This document shows positions 19,139 through 26,540 of a DNA stretch of 39,706 nt, piece after piece. The notes under the pieces were generated by a model that was not told the origin of the DNA, ran no database searches, and saw only the letters and a list, made by a program, of their open reading frames with translations. Source of the DNA: a virus (lineage: Duplodnaviria > Heunggongvirae > Uroviricota > Caudoviricetes); the IMG/VR virus record IMGVR_UViG_3300033146_002139, positions 1-39,706 of that record; one strand, given 5' to 3'. How positions within the stretch are numbered: the stretch's first letter is position 1; every line of letters starts with the position of its first letter. Made by a program: the position numbers and the translations under genes.

Positions 19139-19363
19139 TTAATGTTTAAATATTTGTTTAATTTCAGTATCTCCAACTATTAGTTCTCTACCCTTAAAGC
19201 AAGGTTCTTTAATAGCTTTTGATAGCCTCAGTGAAGACATAAGTAGCTTAATTCGGTGTCCAAGCCCCTTCATACCTTGATAAGTAAAGTTTACTTTCTC
19301 TACATATAAAGCGCTAAATTCAACACCTTGTACATTGACCTTACATATTCTCTGTGTAGACAT
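19139..19363 (-). CDS. Hypothetical protein
   Basis: ORF whose GGAG RBS lies inside a hairpin. Confidence 0.7.
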   Translation of the reverse strand: MSTQRICKVNVQGVEFSALYVEKVNFTYQGMKGLGHRIKLLMSSLRLSKAIKEPCFKGRELIVGDTEIKQIFKH

Positions 19364-19409
19364 AAGTCTGCTCCGAATTCCCTTTATAAAATTATCCGGA
19401 GCAGACTTA
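19363..19409 (-). promoter_or_regulatory. RBS-sequestering hairpin
   Basis: Perfect 13-bp IR TAAGTCTGCTCCG (19363-75)/CGGAGCAGACTTA (19397-409) covering GGAG and the A of ATG. Confidence 0.75.
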
Positions 19410-19460
19410 GGGGTTGGAAGTCCACTCCAGTGTGTTCGCCCAAATCACTGAACACAATAG

Positions 19461-19510
19461 CAACCAAGTAAGGATACGAACCTCATAGCTCCAAATTCAG
19501 CTCTTGGTCG
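19461..19510 (-). ncRNA. Mini tRNA-like element lacking an anticodon arm
   Basis: CGACCAAG-AGCT GAATTTGG AGCT-A-TGAGG TTCGTAT CCTTA-CTTGGTTG. Confidence 0.65.
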
Positions 19511-19532
19511 TTGGTCGGCATTAGCTATTATT

Positions 19533-19904
19533 TTATGCAATAATTACTTTTGCATTTTTTATTTTGTTTTTTCTGTGGGTTATAACATTTCTACATCCAA
19601 CATATAACTTAATGAATAAGTCTCCACCTTGTTTAAATCTAAAAGTCTTTCCAATATCTAAAGACTTAAATTCCACAAACTCAGGCTTTGTTGTTTCAGC
19701 CGTAAGAGCTGCAAACATTTTTTCAGCTTGTTCTTTTATGTAAGTTTCATCACACTTAGTAAATGTAAAGCTTTTCACACTCAGGCAGTCAACAATAGAA
19801 GTTGCAACTGTTACATCTTTAAACTGTGAAACAGTTACTTTCTTATTCCCTTTGCTTAGCACTATGTAGTTCGGTCTGATAGACATATATTTTCTCTTCA
19901 ACAT
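19533..19904 (-). CDS. Hypothetical protein
   Basis: ORF with GGGGA RBS. Confidence 0.7.
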   Translation of the reverse strand: MLKRKYMSIRPNYIVLSKGNKKVTVSQFKDVTVATSIVDCLSVKSFTFTKCDETYIKEQAEKMFAALTAETTKPEFVEFKSLDIGKTFRFKQGGDLFIKLYVGCRNVITHRKNKIKNAKVIIA

Positions 19905-20305
19905 GTTAGTTCCCCTATAATATTTATATTTTCTTTTTTTGATTGTTCAGTTTCTTGCAAATCCCTTATCATTGACACTGGGAATACGTAACTCCCTCCA
20001 TTTCCTATTGCTATGATTGGTCGCTTGCAGCTTCGTTCTTTACAACCTGTTATAGTATATTTAATTCCATTCGCCATAAAGGTTTTGTATAAATCATTTA
20101 ACTGCATTCTGTGTTTGTAGTGGTTCTGATACCAAATTACTTTACTTGGGTCTTCAGTCGTTCCTACCATCTTACAACTAAACTTCAACTCATCATATCT
20201 TATAGAAGCGATTGTTAATTTAACCCCTGTTTCTTTTTCAATTTCATCGAACTTGGTATTGATGTAAATTCTGAAGTCTTGCATACCTTTAGCATCGAAT
20301 TTCAT
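19898..20305 (-). CDS. Hypothetical protein
   Basis: Start MKFDAK after GAGGGG. Confidence 0.75.
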   Translation of the reverse strand: MKFDAKGMQDFRIYINTKFDEIEKETGVKLTIASIRYDELKFSCKMVGTTEDPSKVIWYQNHYKHRMQLNDLYKTFMANGIKYTITGCKERSCKRPIIAIGNGGSYVFPVSMIRDLQETEQSKKENINIIGELTC

Positions 20306-20306
20306 C

Positions 20307-20804
20307 TTATTTCCCCTCGTTAAATTTTTTAAGAGAAGCTTTATCATATTCTACTTGGAAGCCATTCTCTAATAAAGTACTATTACTAAAAGTTTCACCA
20401 GCAAAGTCAGCGACGTATTTCATATAATTATTTGTTGATAATATTTTATCGTTCACAAAAGCCCAAGTAAAATAATTTCTCGGACTGTGCGTAATTCTAT
20501 CATCATCATTACCAACAGCAGAAACCTCTAGCATAGAAAGTTTAAATACTATTGCCTCGAAACTGTCAACTGGTATTGCTTTCACTACATCTTTATAATG
20601 TTCCCTACAAACATTATCAATACAGTCAAAACCTTTCACATTAGTAACATCTGAGGAGGTTCCGAATTGACTAGCAGATATATGGTTTTTGTCTTTTCCA
20701 AAAAACAGTGATACTGCATATTCCTGCAACCATCTTTCTACAATCTTTTTTAGCTGAGAAACACTAACCGTGTTCTCATTTATTTCGATATTAAAATTTT
20801 CCAT
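20307..20804 (-). CDS. Hypothetical protein
   Basis: ORF with GAGGG RBS. Confidence 0.8.
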   Translation of the reverse strand: MENFNIEINENTVSVSQLKKIVERWLQEYAVSLFFGKDKNHISASQFGTSSDVTNVKGFDCIDNVCREHYKDVVKAIPVDSFEAIVFKLSMLEVSAVGNDDDRITHSPRNYFTWAFVNDKILSTNNYMKYVADFAGETFSNSTLLENGFQVEYDKASLKKFNEGK

Positions 20805-20816
20805 AAGACCCTCAAT

Positions 20817-20957
20817 TTAAAAATTTTCTCGGATAGATGGGAATGTCTCAAGCATCCACCATAAAGCACTAAGTACAACAGAACTTAATATTACAGTTCC
20901 ACCAACAACTTTCATTATAAAGGAAGCGAACTCCATTGATAATTTTTTAAGTTTCAT
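20817..20957 (-). CDS. Small membrane protein (46 aa)
   Basis: MKLKKLSMEFASFIMKVVGGTVILSSVVLSALWWML...; GAGG RBS. Confidence 0.55.
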   Translation of the reverse strand: MKLKKLSMEFASFIMKVVGGTVILSSVVLSALWWMLETFPSIRENF

Positions 20958-20958
20958 A

Positions 20959-21291
20959 TTATACCTCAATTTCGAAGTTTTCGTCATCTGCCGTTTGAAG
21001 GATATTATCCCTCAAACTACGCAGTTCATTAACAAGTTTGGTTGCATCTGCTTCTAGGTACATGGATATTTCGTACCCCTCCTCTAAGTGTGTAACGTGT
21101 TCATGTGTTACATACCAAGTCTTAGACCCGATTTCGATGGTTATACCAAACAGTTCATTACCATCATCAGAAGTGTCAGCATAAATGCCGACATTTTGTG
21201 TCTTTTCATGAAATACAGTCTTTATTAGTTCAACAACACATCCACTACCATTGAACTTCGTGATGCAATTCTCTCTCTTTATTGTAATCAT
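20959..21291 (-). CDS. Hypothetical protein
   Basis: ORF with GGGG RBS. Confidence 0.75.
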   Translation of the reverse strand: MITIKRENCITKFNGSGCVVELIKTVFHEKTQNVGIYADTSDDGNELFGITIEIGSKTWYVTHEHVTHLEEGYEISMYLEADATKLVNELRSLRDNILQTADDENFEIEV

Positions 21292-21561
21292 TTCTATACC
21301 CCTATAGTTTAATTTAAGTAAATACTTCGGAGTGTATCAGGATAGGTGGACTTAAGCAAGGAAGCTTATTTACCAACGATACACACCGAAAGACTCACTT
21401 AATAGTTCGGATGTAGTAAAAACAAATTGCCATTATAACGGATAGTATAAGAAAAGCCATAAGCACCTTAAAAATAATTATTTGACATACCACTGCTGCG
21501 TCTGTCGGTGTAATTTAATCTCGTAGAGGTTTTTATTCTACCAAAATTTTATGGTAGTTCA

Positions 21562-21858
21562 CTAGATTAGTTTAAATTCTCCATCTGGAAAGGTTGTGAA
21601 TTTATAATGTACTATTTTACAATCTACATCATATCTATGAAGTATCTGCATCAACTTCATATTATTACCAGATGCTTCAGTAAATATACAAGTATTCTCA
21701 CCAACCCACTCTGCGAAAGTTTTAAAATCATATAACAGTTCTTCATTAACTGCTGAATTACTAGTTGGATAATTAGTAACTTCATACTCTCTTATTTCAT
21801 CATCCAGATATTTTTTCATACCTGGAGCTAGTGCTTCATTACATAATACATATAACAT
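21562..21858 (-). CDS. Hypothetical protein
   Basis: ORF with GAGG RBS. Confidence 0.75.
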   Translation of the reverse strand: MLYVLCNEALAPGMKKYLDDEIREYEVTNYPTSNSAVNEELLYDFKTFAEWVGENTCIFTEASGNNMKLMQILHRYDVDCKIVHYKFTTFPDGEFKLI

Positions 21859-21929
21859 ATTCTACCTCATTTTTTTAATAATATAATCTTTACAGAATAC
21901 CTAATTTAGATACTCAATAAAGTTCATAT

Positions 21930-21961
21930 AAAAAGGGCATACTTCTTCAAGCATGCCCTTT
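21930..21961 (-). terminator. Rho-independent terminator
   Basis: GGGCATGCTT-GAAG-AAGTATGCCC followed by TTTTT, downstream of 21994..22641. Confidence 0.7.
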
Positions 21962-21993
21962 GTTTTAATCATTTACTAGATGTTCGGTGTATA

Positions 21994-22641
21994 TTACTTC
22001 GCATCAACCGTTTCAGTAGTTTTAGGTGTTTCAACAACTTCTTCAACAACTACTTCATAGTTAGTTTTTTCTGCCCTTTCTTTAGGTGCAACATATACCA
22101 TGCCTTCAAGTAAGGCTTCATCAATAGCATTACAAACTATAGTCATCAACTTTCGAGAATTCGATTTTGTAACATTTGCGATTTTTACAACTTTAGTTTC
22201 ACCAAGACTTTTTCCTGAAGTATACTTTCTTGTTTCGTTGTAACAAGCGTCATTCTTCAAGCTAAATTGGTCTGTAGTTTTTCCATTATTTACAAGACTC
22301 TTCACAGCATCCATTGAACCAGTTATTAAGAAGTAGTCAATTACACTTTTTAGGGGGCTATAAGTCGAACACCCTGCTACTTCACAAGCCTTCTTAATTA
22401 CATCATTTTCCAACTCGGTTACTAATGTTCCAAAGATATTAGATGGAGTACTTCCGCCACCACCATTTCTTTTACTTGCCACGGCTAGTTGTTCTACTTG
22501 GTTGCCAAGTATCGTTTCAAGTACGGCTTTCGGTAGCAGTAAATAAGTTCCCATCATTGCTTCATTGATGGGATATTTCACGGTATCCAATCCAACTTCT
22601 TTCGCTACTGCCAACACATCTACTTCTGTCATTTTTTTCAT
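21994..22641 (-). CDS. Hypothetical protein (probably highly expressed early)
   Basis: Start MKKMTE after GGAG; followed by a terminator. Confidence 0.8.
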   Translation of the reverse strand: MKKMTEVDVLAVAKEVGLDTVKYPINEAMMGTYLLLPKAVLETILGNQVEQLAVASKRNGGGGSTPSNIFGTLVTELENDVIKKACEVAGCSTYSPLKSVIDYFLITGSMDAVKSLVNNGKTTDQFSLKNDACYNETRKYTSGKSLGETKVVKIANVTKSNSRKLMTIVCNAIDEALLEGMVYVAPKERAEKTNYEVVVEEVVETPKTTETVDAK

Positions 22642-22708
22642 CTTAATTCTCCAATTTTTTCGGTTATTCTCCAACTTACAACCTAGCAAGTCTTCGATAT
22701 AACTATTA

Positions 22709-22945
22709 TTATTTTTTTACTGCATATATAACGCTTTTAAGCGTCAAGTTAAGTCCGTCACGGTTCAAGTATGCAACATCCTTGCCTTCCAGCTCGGATA
22801 GTTTAACGATTGCAAACTTCGCAAGATTGTATTTTTGGATAGTAAATATCAATCTATCTAGAGTGCCGTTCTTCTTATGTTTCAACACTCTAGTTTTAGA
22901 CAAAGTTCTTCTTATAACCTTTATCATCTCTTTTGTAGCTTTCAT
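22709..22945 (-). CDS. Hypothetical basic protein
   Basis: ORF with AAGGGG RBS. Confidence 0.7.
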   Translation of the reverse strand: MKATKEMIKVIRRTLSKTRVLKHKKNGTLDRLIFTIQKYNLAKFAIVKLSELEGKDVAYLNRDGLNLTLKSVIYAVKK

Positions 22946-22956
22946 AGTTCAACCCC

Positions 22957-23052
22957 TTATATTTGGTCGATAAGGTGCTTCAACATCTTAGCAATAGTAA
23001 TAATTCCAACAGTTACAATTATTACATTCGCATTCAGTAAAAAATTCAACAT
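22957..23052 (-). CDS. Small membrane peptide (31 aa)
   Basis: MLNFLLNANVIIVTVGIITIAKMLKHLIDQI; GAGGTG RBS. Confidence 0.5.
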   Translation of the reverse strand: MLNFLLNANVIIVTVGIITIAKMLKHLIDQI

Positions 23053-23183
23053 ATTCCACCTCAATTTTATTTTTATATTGCTTGTTCGGATGGTCGTAAT
23101 GTTCTACAACCACCCTAAAAACAATATATAAATTTGATTCAAGTAATTTCAAGGTTCAGTTGCTTCCAATATAATTATATTGT

Positions 23184-23212
23184 AATATGCAAATTTATAT
23201 ATAAAAAGTCAA
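23184..23212 (-). promoter_or_regulatory. Sigma70-type promoter for early genes
   Basis: TTGACT-N17-CATATT on the minus strand. Confidence 0.55.
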
Positions 23213-23224
23213 ATATACATAAAT

Positions 23225-23846
23225 TTCAAAGTTAACAATACTTTACTTTTACTTTGTTCGCATCCATCCAATTTTTCAGGTGTGGTATGCTTTCAAGACG
23301 GCACTCTTCCAAAACTTCGGTATAGTCCAAAGTTCTTTACATTAACACTTTTAGAGTTTCGCAAGTTCTTAATATGCCAAAGTCATTTCATAAAGACATG
23401 ATTTTAATATAGCTCTTCGGAGGCATAGCTCTGCTCAGTACGCTTAATGTTTTCAAGTTCGTTCTTGATAGGTTAGACCCTTATTTCTGAGACCTCTGGC
23501 TTGTCATCACCGGAGATTTCTCTGGGTTTAATGTTTTTACACATTCCTTTTTCATCGTTCTATGTATGGTATTGTTCTTCAATCCTGCGAATTCTATTTA
23601 TTTTTCAGACTATAAGCTAAGTCCATCTATATATGAAGACCTATAGTTCAGCTTCGTGGAATTCCTCTTGTGGTTACTGGAGTTCATCCTTAATTTAATT
23701 TCTAACTAAGAAGATTTTTGAGCCTTCGTTAGGTAGTAATTCGCAATCTTTCTATTTCAAGTAATATCTTTATATATGGTAGTTCGTATGTAATATATAT
23801 AATGATATTATGTATGTTGTTAGCACATGTTGTTTGCCTGCTGACA
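23225..23846 (-). ncRNA. Candidate large structured ncRNA or leader (~620 nt)
   Basis: No ORF of 60 aa or more; begins at the expected TSS of a perfect promoter; nested long-range helices. Confidence 0.55.
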
Positions 23847-23851
23847 ATTAC

Positions 23852-23880
23852 ATTATAGGTAGATTTTTCTTTAATGTCAA
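23852..23880 (-). promoter_or_regulatory. Perfect consensus sigma70 promoter (major early promoter)
   Basis: TTGACA (23880-75)-N17-TATAAT (23857-52) with an A-rich UP-like region. Confidence 0.9.
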
Positions 23881-23939
23881 GTTTTATTTTTAATTATCTT
23901 TGGTCTTGCCTTGTATCTTGCTATTATTTGGTTATATAC

Positions 23940-24330
23940 AGACTACTAGACTTTAAAAGTATTGTATTATATTGCTATATATCTTGTATCTTACTATTAT
24001 TATATAAGTTAGCTATAATAATCTGGGGTTTAGCTATGGAATGTTGTATATGCTTGTTATTATGATAGTTAGAGTTATAAACTTGTATTTGTTTAGGTTT
24101 ACTTTATACTTTGTGATTTTTTTTTTATTTTTACAAATAGTTTATACTCTAAAGTCTTAATATTTGGTATTTTAAAGCTATATATTAGACTTTAAAATAT
24201 ATTATGATAGTTAGCTTTAGATTGTAGCTATATTGTAGTAAATAGCTTTAAAATAGTGTTTATTTTATAGCTATATTGTAGCTAGAATTTGACCTGGTTT
24301 TTTAACTTAAATTTTAGACTTGTTTTATAT
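23940..24330. repeat. Cluster of short AT-rich direct repeats (possible terminus/pac or ori region)
   Basis: TAGACTTTAAAA x2, TATTATGATAGTTAG x2, TAGCTATATTGTAG x2, many TAGCT. Confidence 0.55.
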
Positions 24331-24654
24331 ATCTATATTCTACCTATATATATAAAGATAGGACGGCTTGGACTGAATGGGACAGGGTAAATTTTACTGT
24401 AATATTTGTAGCTAAATGCGTAATATTACCCTAGTTCGAAAAGCTCATATGAACAAATCCAAGTTAGGCTGTAGTAGAAAGCTAATGAATTATCATTTTC
24501 CCAAAATAGGCAAAAGTTGAATTACCAATATCTGAAATTTAAAAAAAAGAATATTTGACCCTGTTGAACAATATCGACTTTTATCTCTTTAGTTGTTAAT
24601 CAAAGCCAAAAAATAATTGTCTTGTCGTTTGGATATCCATTCGCCCTTTAGCTT

Positions 24655-24682
24655 TTGACTTAAATCCCCTAAGTAGTATAAT
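24655..24682 (+). promoter_or_regulatory. Sigma70-type rightward promoter
   Basis: TTGACT-N16-TATAAT. Confidence 0.5.
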
Positions 24683-25100
24683 GTGATGCCTTGACACAAA
24701 AGTCCTTGTTTACTACCTCTTTACCCCTTTAAAACGGTTTGACCTTAACTATATACTTAAAGATACATATAAATTCATATGCGGATGTGCCCGTGGGTTT
24801 ATGTTTGTGAACTTAAGTTTAAGAAGACCCTTCAGTATCTTAGGTTTAGGAGGTATTTCTATTATTAGTTTGTAATCCCTACTTACATATCGCTTTTAAC
24901 TCTTAGGAACTTTAAATTATAATAATCTTATAGATTTTATAATTAATATTATATATATATATTTATATTATATATTAATACTTAATAAAGATTATTAATA
25001 ACGTGCGACGCGTAGGGGTAGTCTTCTAACATATTTTTGCCGTTATAGAAAATACTTGACTAAACCGGATATTTTTATAATATTGTATTTGGAGGTGTTT

Positions 25101-25634
25101 ATGAAATACGAATTATACATTACCAAGAAGAAAGCATCAATTAAAGAATTAGATTTAGTTGTTACCGGAGAAGATAGAAATAGCAATATCCGGAGAATTA
25201 TTTTACAGGCTTGCAAAAGAAGAGGCAAAAAGATTACAATACTTTCGCCGTTAAAGAGAATCTACTTTAGCCTGATTAAGGATGGAGATACAGTTGAGCT
25301 TCGTAATTTTAAAAAGCTATACAAAGAGAGATTTGAAATAGTTTTCTCAAAAGAGCTTAACGAGAAGTTTTACAACAGCAGCAAGAAAAACAATAGCTTT
25401 AAGAAAGCGATGCAGATTTATTACAAATCGAAACAGTGGAAACTGAAACGGCAAAAAATTTTAAATCGAGATAAAGGAATTTGTCAAGAATGCGGCGAGA
25501 TTGGAAATACCGTCCACCATTTAACCTACAAAAATTTTAAAAAAGAACAGCCAAAAGATTTAGTCTGCTTATGCAAAAAGTGCCACGATAAAATACATCG
25601 GAATAAATTCAACAAAAGAACGGTAAAAAAATAA
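25101..25634 (+). CDS. HNH endonuclease
   Basis: YYKSKQWKLKRQKILNRDKGICQECG...VHHLTY...LVCLCKKCHDKIH; ATG 25101 after GGAGG. Confidence 0.9.
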   Translation: MKYELYITKKKASIKELDLVVTGEDRNSNIRRIILQACKRRGKKITILSPLKRIYFSLIKDGDTVELRNFKKLYKERFEIVFSKELNEKFYNSSKKNNSFKKAMQIYYKSKQWKLKRQKILNRDKGICQECGEIGNTVHHLTYKNFKKEQPKDLVCLCKKCHDKIHRNKFNKRTVKK

Positions 25635-25722
25635 AAGTACCGTAGACTTGTCTAAAAAATTACGATTCCGTAGCTAAGAAACGAAACAAATCAAATTAGA
25701 TGCAAAAAAAGTAATAAAAGTA

Positions 25723-25751
25723 TTGACTAAAACGAAAGTTGGTGTTATCTT
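25723..25751 (+). promoter_or_regulatory. Promoter of the tRNA region
   Basis: TTGACT-N17-TATCTT with extended -10 TG. Confidence 0.6.
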
Positions 25752-25799
25752 TAGAACAGTACGAAACTTGAGGATATAATCGGTTTAGCGATACTAAAT

Positions 25800-25872
25800 G
25801 AAGGTGTAGCTGAATTGGTTCAGCACTGAGCTGTTAACTCAGGGCATGTAGGTTCAAATCCTATCGCCTTCG
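25800..25872 (+). tRNA. tRNA-Asn(GTT)
   Basis: GAAGGTG/CGCCTTC acceptor; CTGAG-CT GTT AA-CTCAG; GTAGG TTCAAAT CCTAT; G73. Confidence 0.93.
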
Positions 25873-25887
25873 CAAATAGGGAGCAAT

Positions 25888-26214
25888 ATGGCAATTAACG
25901 GCAGTTTTACATATAACTTTAATCAGAGCAATATACATGAGCAAATGTTTAATTCCGGTCCGCAAGCAGCTCCACAAGAAGTTCCTGAAGTTCCTAAGAC
26001 TCAACAGAAGTCAGGATTTATTGGTATAGAAAAGCTTAAAGTTTGTGCAAATAATAGCATTGCAAATTCTATGTTTGGCAGAGTTGCCGATGGAAGGAAA
26101 TTTGCCTTTTATTTAGACAAGGAAATACATGCACTTGGAATAAGACCCAAGATTTGCACGATAACACTAAATACTAAAAAGAATGGCTTCCAAATAGATG
26201 GGCAAAAGCTATAA
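25888..26214 (+). CDS. Hypothetical protein
   Basis: ORF with GGGAG RBS. Confidence 0.75.
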   Translation: MAINGSFTYNFNQSNIHEQMFNSGPQAAPQEVPEVPKTQQKSGFIGIEKLKVCANNSIANSMFGRVADGRKFAFYLDKEIHALGIRPKICTITLNTKKNGFQIDGQKL

Positions 26215-26246
26215 CTTATAACGGAAATAAAGTTTCAGGAGGAGTA

Positions 26247-26459
26247 TTGAAAGACGAAAAGCCAGTAAAGGATTCAACTGAAAAAATAAGCTCACCTAAT
26301 TGTCAGTCGTGTGTTTATTTTGTTTCAGGGACATTCGCTAATACAGAGTGTCCATTTACAAGATTTGTTTCAGAGGTCGGAGGATACAGAGTTGTATTTC
26401 CTAGGCTAGATTGGAATAAGTCAAAAGATTTTTGTTCTAAATTTTCTTCAGGGGACTAA
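26247..26459 (+). CDS. Small Cys-rich protein
   Basis: CQSC..CPF..FCSKF; paralog of 27311..27613; strong RBS, TTG start. Confidence 0.7.
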   Translation: MKDEKPVKDSTEKISSPNCQSCVYFVSGTFANTECPFTRFVSEVGGYRVVFPRLDWNKSKDFCSKFSSGD

Positions 26460-26467
26460 AAAAGTAT

Positions 26468-26540
26468 ACATCCGTAGCTCAGTGGTAGAGCAAGACACTT
26501 TAATGTCGAGGTCGATAGTTCAACTCTATCGGGTGTACCA
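26468..26540 (+). tRNA. Atypical tRNA-Lys(TTT)-like gene (6-nt anticodon loop; possibly pseudo)
   Basis: Normal D arm and T arm, encoded CCA; loop CTTTAA; acceptor 3' strand one nt short. Confidence 0.7.

Larger units (their letters stand above)
8285..19521 (-). repeat. Dispersed co-oriented 9-mer ATGCCGACC (6 copies)
   Basis: GGTCGGCAT on + at 8285, 12930, 15085, 17163, 18366, 19513. Confidence 0.85.

Noticed and set aside
8285-19521. 9-mer as a Neisseria DNA uptake sequence or CRISPR repeat
   Set aside because: It shares only ATGCCG with ATGCCGTCTGAA, and it is too short and too widely spaced for CRISPR
21174-21193. TGTCAGCAT-AA-ATGCCGACA near-palindrome as a seventh motif copy
   Set aside because: Imperfect match, with the best half in the opposite orientation; not counted, though it may be related
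1-23000. Stop-codon reassignment as an explanation for the many short ORFs
   Set aside because: Most ORFs have their own RBS, recognisable domains are complete, and TAA, TAG and TGA all act as stops
130-23131. Plus-strand ORFs in the left arm, minus-strand ORFs in the right arm, and 23874..24065
   Set aside because: These are antisense shadows of real genes or low-complexity AT-rich frames without an RBS
23640-23680. RNase P RNA (GAGGAATTCC resembles GAGGAAAGUCC)
   Set aside because: The other conserved RNase P regions were not found
26498-26504. Ochre suppressor tRNA (anticodon TTA)
   Set aside because: A CT-TTA-AT loop leaves the anticodon stem unpaired; the real stem GACA/TGTC gives a 6-nt loop
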